Shown piece after piece: positions 56,701 to 64,000 of a stretch of 64,000 nucleotides of DNA. Below the pieces are notes generated by a model. The model was not told where the DNA came from. It did not search any database and was given only the letters and a program-made list of their open reading frames with translations. The translations under genes were made by a program, and so were the position numbers. This DNA comes from Eledone cirrhosa (taxonomy: Eukaryota): NCBI GenBank assembly GCA_964016885.1, contig OZ024741.1:27466001-27530000 (forward strand), in the 5' to 3' direction. Each line of letters starts with the position of its first letter. The stretch's first letter is position 1.

Positions 56701-59700
56701 GAACTAAGTCTAACAGAACGTCTTTGACTATATAACTAAGACTAACAGAACGTTGTTAACTAAAGAACTAAGTCTAACCGAACGTCGTTGACTATAGAAC
56801 TGAAACTAACAGAACCTCGTTGACTATAGAACTAAGTCTAACAGAAGGTCGTTGACTATAGAACTACGTCTAACAGAACGTCGTTGACTATAGAACTAAG
56901 ACTAACAGAACGTTGTTGACTAAAGAACTAATTCTAACAGAACGTCGTTGACTATAGAACTAAGTCTAGCAGAACGTCGTTGACTATAGGACTAAGTCTA
57001 ACAGAACGTCGTAGACTATATAACTATGACTAACAGATCGTCGTTGACTATAGACTATAGAACTAAGTCTAACAGAACGTCGTTGACTATAGAACTACGT
57101 CTAACAGAACGTCGTTGACTATAGAACTAAGACTAACAGAACGTCTTTGACTATAGGGCTAAAACTAACAGAACGTCGTTGACTATAGTCTATAGAACTA
57201 AGTCTAACAGAACGTCGTTGATTATAGAACTAAGACTAACAGAACGTCGTTGACTATAGACTATAGAACTAAGTCTAGCAGAACATCGTTGACTATAGAC
57301 TATAGAACTAAGTTTAACAGAACGCCGTTGACTATAGAACTGAGTCTAACAGAACACAATAGAACTAAGTCTAACAGACCGTCGTTGACTATAGACTATA
57401 TAACTAAGTCTAACAGAACGTCGTTGACTATAGAACTAAAACTAACAGAACGTTGTTGACTAAAGAACTAATTCTAACAGAACGTCGTTGACTATAGACT
57501 ATAGGACTAAGTCTAACAGAACGTCGTTGACGATAGAACTAAGTCTAACAGAACGTTGTTGACTATAGAACTATGACTAATAGAACGTCGTTGACTAGAG
57601 AACTAAGTCTAACAGAATGTCGTTCACTAAAGAACTAAGACTAACAGAACGTCGTTGACTATAGAACCAAGACTAACACAACGTCGTTGACTATAGAACT
57701 AAGTCTAACAGAACGTCGTTGACTATAGAACTAAGACTAACAGAACGTCGTTGACTATAGTACTAAGTCTTAACAGAACGTCGTTAACTATAGAACGAAG
57801 ACTAACAGAACGTCGTTGACTATAGAACTAAGTCTAACAGAACACAATAGAACTAAGTCTAACAGACCGTCGTTGACTATAGTCTATAGAACTAAGTCTA
57901 ACAGAACGTCGTTGACTATAGAACTAAAACTAACAGAACGTTGTTGACTAAAGAACTAATTCTAACAGAACGTCGTTGACTATAGACTATAGGACTAAGT
58001 CTAACAGAACGTCGTTGACTATAGACTATAGAACTAAGTCTAACAGAACGTCGTTGACTATAGAACTGAGACTAACAGAACGTCGTTGACTATAGACTAT
58101 GGAACTATTTCTAACAGAACGTTGTTCACTACAGAACTAAGACTAATAGAACGCCGTTGACTATAGAACTAAGTCTAACAGAATGTCGTTCACTAAAGAA
58201 CTAAGACTAACAGAACGTTGTTGACTATAGAACTAAGACTAACAGAACGTCGTTGACTATAGAACTGAGTCTAAGAGAACGTTGTTGACTATAGAACAAA
58301 GACTAACACAACGTCGTTGACTATAGAACTAAATCTAACAGAATGTCGTTGACTATAGTACTAAGACTAACAGAATGTCGTTGACTATAGTACTTAGTCT
58401 TAACAGAACGTCGTTAACTATAGAACGAAGACTAACAGAACGTCGTTGACTATAGAACTAAGTCTAACAGAACGTCGTTGACTATAGAACTAAGTCTAAC
58501 TGAACGTCGTTGACTATAGACCATAGAACTAAGTCTAACAGAACGTCGTTGACTATAGACTATAGAACTAAGTCTAACAGAACGTCGTTGACTATAGACT
58601 ATAGAACTAAGTCTAACAGAACGTCGTTGACTATAGAACTGAGACTAACAGAACGTCGTTGACTATAGACTATGGAACTATTTCTAACAGAACGTTGTTC
58701 ACTACAGAACTAAGACTAATAGAACGCCGTTGACTATAGAACTAAGTCTAACAGAATGTCGTTCACTAAAGAACTAAGACTAACAGAACGTTGTTGACTA
58801 TAGAACTAAGACTAACAGAACGTCGTTGACTGTAGAACTGAGTCTAACAGAACGTTGTTGACTATAGAACTAAGACTAATAGAACGTCGTTGACTATAGA
58901 ACTAAGTTTAACAGAATGTCGTTCACTAAAGAACTAAGACTAACAGAACGTGATTGACTATAGAACAAAGACTAACACAACGTCGTTGACTATAGAACTA
59001 AGTCTAACAGAATGTCGTTGACTATAGTACTAAGACTAACAGAATGTCGTTGACTATAGTACTAAGTCTTAACAGAACGTCGTTAACTATAGAACGAAGA
59101 CTAACAGAACGTCGTTGACTATAGAACTAAGTCTAACAGAACGTCGTTGTATATAGAACTAAGTATAACAGAACGTCGTTGACTATAGAACTGAGACTAA
59201 CAGAACGTTGTTAACTAAAGAACTAAGTCTAACCGAACGTCGTTGACTATAGAACTACGTCTAACAGAACGTCGTTGACTATAGAACTACGTCTAACAGA
59301 ACGTCGTTGACTATAGACGATAGAACTAAGTCTAACAGAACGTCTTTGACTATATAACTAAGACTAACAGAACGTTGTTAACTAAAGAACTAAGTCTAAC
59401 CGAACGTCGTTGACTATAGAACTGAAACTAACAGAACCTCGTTGACTATAGAACTAAGTCTAACAGAACGTCGTTGACTATAGAACTACGTCTAACAGAA
59501 CGTCGTTGACTATAGAACTAAGACTAACAGAACGTTGTTGACTAAAGAACTAATTCTAACAGAACGTCGTTGACTATAGAACTAAGTCTAGCAGAACGTC
59601 GTTGACTATAGGACTAAGTCTAACAGAACGTCGTTGACTATATAACTAAGACTAACAGATCGTCGTTGACTATAGACTATAGAACTAAGTCTAACAGAAC

Positions 59701-62700
59701 GTCGTTGACTATAGAACTACGTCTAACAGAACGTCGTTGACTATAGAACTAAGACTAACAGAACGTCTTTGACTATAGGGCTAAAACTAACAGAACGTCG
59801 TTGACTATAGTCTATAGAACTAAGTCTAACAGAACGTCGTTGATTATAGAACTAAGACTAACAGAACGTCGTTGACTATAGACTATAGAACTAAGTCTAG
59901 CAGAACATCGTTGACTATAGACTATAGAACTAAGTTTAACAGAACGCCGTTGACTATAGAACTAAGTCTAACAGAACACAATAGAACTAAGTCTAACAGA
60001 CCGTCGTTGACTATAGACTATATAACTAAGTCTAACAGAACGTCGTTGACTATAGAACTAAAACTAACAGAACGTTGTTGACTAAAGAACTAATTCTAAC
60101 AGAACGTCGTTGACTATAGACTATAAGGCTAAGTCTAACAGAACGTCGTTGACGATAGAACTAAGTCTAACAGAACGTTGTTGACTATAGAACTATGACT
60201 AATAGAACGTCGTTGACTAGAGAACTAAGTCTAACAGAATGTCGTTCACTAAAGAACTAAGACTAACAGAACGTCGTTGACTATAGAACCAAGACTAACA
60301 CAACGTCGTTGACTATAGAACTAAGTCTAACAGAACGTCGTTCGTTGACTATAGAACTAAGACTAACAGAACGTCGTTGACTATAGTACTAAGTCTTAAC
60401 AGAACGTCGTTAACTATAGAACGAAGACTAACAGAACGTCGTTGACTATAGAACTAAGTCTAACAGAACAGAATAGAACTAAGTCTAACAGAACACAATA
60501 GAACTAAGTCTAACAGACCGTCGTTGACTATAGACTATAGAACTAAGTCTAACAGAACGTCGTTGACTATAGAACTAAGTCTAACAGAACGTCGTTGACT
60601 ATAGACTATAGAACTAAGTCTTATAGAACTACGTCTAACAGAACGTCGTTGACTATAGAACTAAGACTAACAGAACGTCTTTGACTATATGACTAAAAAT
60701 AACAGAACGTCGTTGACTATAGTCTATAGAACTAAATATAACATAACGTCGTTGATTATAGAACTAATACTAACAGTACGTTGTTGACTAAAGAACTAAG
60801 TCTAACAGAACGTCATTGACTATAGACTATAGAACTAAGTCTAGCAGAACGTCGTTGACTATAGACTATAGAACTAAGTTTAACAGAACGTAGTTGACTA
60901 TAGAACTAAGTCTAACAGAACACAATAGAACTAAGTCTAACAGACCGTCGTTGACTATTGACTATAGAACTAAGTCTAACAGAACGTCGTTGACTATAAA
61001 AGTAAAACTAACAGAACGTTGTTGACTAAAGAACTAATTCTAACAGAACGTCGTTGACTATAGAACTAAGTCTAGCAGAACGTCGTTGACTATAGACTAT
61101 GTCTAATAGAACGTCGTTGACGATGGAACTAAGTCTAACAGAACGTCGTTGACTATAGAACTAAGACTAACAGAACGTCGTTGACTATAGAACTTAGGTT
61201 AACAGAACGTCGTTGACTATAGACTATAGAACTAATGCTAACAGAACGTCGTTAACTATAGAACTTAGATTAACAGAACGTCGTTGACTATAGAACTAAG
61301 TCTAACAGAACGTCGTTGACAATAGAATTAAGTCTAACAGAGCGTCGTTGACTTTATAACTGAGACTAACAGAACGTCGTTGACTAAAGAACTAAGTCTA
61401 ACAGAACGTCGTTGACTATAGAACTAAGTCTAACAGAACGTTGTTGACTATAGAACTAAGTCTAACAGAACGTCGTTGACTATGGAACTACGTCTAACTG
61501 AATGTCGTTGACTATACAACTAAGACTAACAGAGCGTCGTTGACTATAGACTATAGAACTAAGACTAACAGAACGTCGTTGACTATAGAACTAAGTCTAA
61601 CGGAACGTCGTTGACTATAGAACTAAGTCTAACGGAACGTCGTTGACTATAGAACTAAGTCTAACAGAACGTCGTTGACTATAGAACTAAGTCTAACAGA
61701 ACGTCGTTGACTATAGACTATAGAACTAAGTCTAACAGAACGTCGTTGACTATAGACTATAGAACTAAGTCTAACAGAACGTCGTTGACTATAGAACTGA
61801 GACTAACAGAACGTCGTTGACTATAGACTATAGAACTAATTCTAACAGAACGTTGTTGACTATAGAACTAAGACTAACAGAACGTCGTTGACTATAGAAC
61901 AAAGACTAACAGAACGTCGTTGACTATAGAACTAAGTCTAACAGAATGTCGTTCACTAAAGAACTAAGACTAACAGAACGTCGTTGACTATAGAACAAAG
62001 ACTAACACAACGTCGTTGACTATAGAACTAAGTCTAACAGAACGTCGTTGACTATAGAACTAAGACTAACAGAATGTCGTTGACTATAGTACTAAGTCTT
62101 AACAGAACGTCGTTAACTATAGAACGAAGACTAACAGAACGTCGTTGACTATAGAACTAAGTCTAACAGAACGTCGTTGTATATAGAACTAAGTATAACA
62201 GAACGTCGTTGACTATAGAACTGAGACTAACAGAACGTCGTTGACTATAGAACTACGTCTAACAGAACGTCGTTGACTATAGACTATAGAACTAAGTCTA
62301 ACAGAACGTCGTTAACTATAGAACTAAAACTAACAGAACGTTGTTCACTAAAGAACTAATTCTAACAGAACGTCGTTGACTATAGAACTAAGTCTAGCAG
62401 AACGTCGTTGACTATAGGACTAAGTCTAACAGAACGTCGTTGACGATGGAACTAAGTCTAACAGAACGTCGTTGACTATAGAACTAAGACTAACAGAACG
62501 TCGTTGACTATAGAACTTAGGTTAACAGAACGTCGTTGACTATAGACTATAGAACTAATGCTAACAGAACGTCGTTAACTATAGAACTTAGATTAACAGA
62601 ACATCGTTGACAATAGAATTAAGTCTAACAGAACGTCGTTGACTATATAACTGAGACTAAGAGAACGTCGTTGACTAAAGAACTAAGTCTAACAGAACGT

Positions 62701-64000
62701 CGTTGACTATAGAACTGAGACTAACAGAACGTCGTTGACTATAGACTATATAACTAAGTCTAACAGAACGTCGTTGACTATAGAACTACGTCTAACTGAA
62801 TGTCGTTGACTATAGAACTAAGACTAACAGAGCGTCGTTGACTATAGAACTAAGACTAAGAGAACGTCGTTGACTATAGAACTAAGTCTAACAGAACGTC
62901 GTTGACTATAGAACTAAGTCTAGCAGAACGTCGTTGACTATAGACCATAGAACTAAGTCTAACAGAACGTCGTTGACTATAGACTATAGAACTAAGTCTA
63001 ACAGAACGTCGTTGACTATAGACTATAGAACTAAGTCTAACAGAACGTCGTTGACTATAGAACTGAGACTAACAGAACGTCGTTGACTATAGACTATGGA
63101 ACTATTTCTAACAGAACGTTGTTCACTACAGAACTAAGACTAATAGAACGCCGTTGACTATAGAACTAAGTCTAACAGAATGTCGTTCACTAAAGAACTA
63201 AGACTAACAGAACGTTGTTGACTATAGAACTAAGACTAACAGAACGTCGTTGACTGTAGAACTGAGTCTAACAGAACGTTGTTGACTATAGAACTAAGAC
63301 TAATAGAACGTCGTTGACTATAGAACTAAGTTTAACAGAATGTCGTTCACTAAAGAACTAAGACTAACAGAACGTGATTGACTATAGAACAAAGACTAAC
63401 ACAACGTCGTTGACTATAGAACTAAGTCTAACAGAATGTCGTTGACTATAGTACTAAGACTAACAGAATGTCGTTGACTATAGTACTAAGTCTTAACAGA
63501 ACGTCGTTAACTATAGAACGAAGACTAACAGAACGTCGGTGACTATAGAACTAAGTCTAACAGAACGTCGTTGTATATAGAACTAAGTATAACAGAACGT
63601 CGTTGACTATAGAACTGAGACTAACAGAACGTTGTTAACTAAAGAACTAAGTCTAACCGAACGTCGTTGACTATAGAACTACGTCTAACAGAACGTCGTT
63701 GACTATAGAACTACGTCTAACAGAACGTCGTTGACTATAGACGATAGAACTAAGTCTAACAGAACGTCTTTGACTATATAACTAAGACTAACAGAACGTT
63801 GTTAACTAAAGAACTAAGTCTAACCGAACGTCGTTGAATATAGAACTGAAATTAACAGAACCTCGTTGACTATAGAACTAAGTCTAACAGAAGGTCGTTG
63901 ACTATAGAACTACGTCTAACAGAACGTCGTTGACTATAGAACTAAGACTAACAGAACGTTGTTGACTAAAGAACTAATTCTAACAGAACGTCGTTGACTA
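44730..64000 (+). repeat. Distal HOR domain with a ~4.42-kb unit
   Basis: Marker TAAGTCTTATAG at 44761, 49181 and 53601 (4420, 4420) and 60615. TATGGAACTATTTCT at 47241, 51661, 56049, 58098, 58671 and 63095. Identical 69-aa pseudo-ORFs at 48442, 52862, 57250 and 59872 track the same period. Confidence 0.88.

Larger units (their letters stand above)
2134..64000 (+). repeat. Satellite DNA array, 32-bp monomer GACTATAGAACTAAG(T/A)CTAACAGAACGTCGTT, head-to-tail, running off the window end
   Basis: Monomer read directly and repeated in one orientation from GAACGTAGTTGACTATAG at 2134 to 64000. Common 39-bp variant carries a duplicated GACTATA. No non-satellite insertion or inversion seen by eye. 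Consensus is 37.5% GC (12A, 8T, 6C, 6G). Confidence 0.99.

Noticed and set aside
43381-60081. Five 69-aa ORFs (MTIDYRTKSSRTSLT...) at 43381, 48442, 52862, 57250 and 59872
   Set aside because: They start at TTG within satellite monomers and stay open only because a local run of 39/32/25-bp monomers avoids stops. They recur with the HOR period, so they are translation artefacts.
2134-64000. CRISPR array (32-bp repeat length, partial dyad symmetry)
   Set aside because: Repeats are directly adjacent with no unique spacers, there are no cas genes or leader, and the flank is eukaryotic (SINEs, microsatellites).
2134-64000. Giant repetitive-protein exon on either strand
   Set aside because: The 32-bp unit shifts frame with each copy and contains TAG/TAA/TGA on the plus strand and three TAGs on the minus strand. 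The ORF track shows nothing longer than 69 aa in the array.

Overview
Eukaryotic non-coding DNA with no credible protein-coding gene, rRNA, tRNA gene or CRISPR array. Bases 1-2133 are a repeat-rich flank. It holds two oppositely oriented tRNA-derived SINE copies resembling octopus/cephalopod SINEs (so a cephalopod source is likely but inferred), (TA)n and GA/GT microsatellites, a probable pogo/Tigger-type MITE end and a perfect 19-bp inverted repeat. From about 2134 to the window end (about 61.9 kb, roughly 1,800-1,900 monomers by estimate) is one uninterrupted head-to-tail satellite array with a 32-bp consensus, GACTATAGAACTAAGTCTAACAGAACGTCGTT. Monomer length varies mostly in 7-bp steps (25/32/39/46 bp). 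The array has layered higher-order repeats (HORs) whose period changes along it: about 0.57 kb near the edge, about 2.55-2.6 kb nested in a 4.25-4.3 kb duplication, then 2.06-2.09, 2.805 and 4.903 kb, and finally a distinct 4.42-kb HOR family after about 42.4-44.7 kb. All ORFs in the supplied track appear to be repeat-derived artefacts. The most interesting feature is the satellite's architecture; no new gene system is evident.
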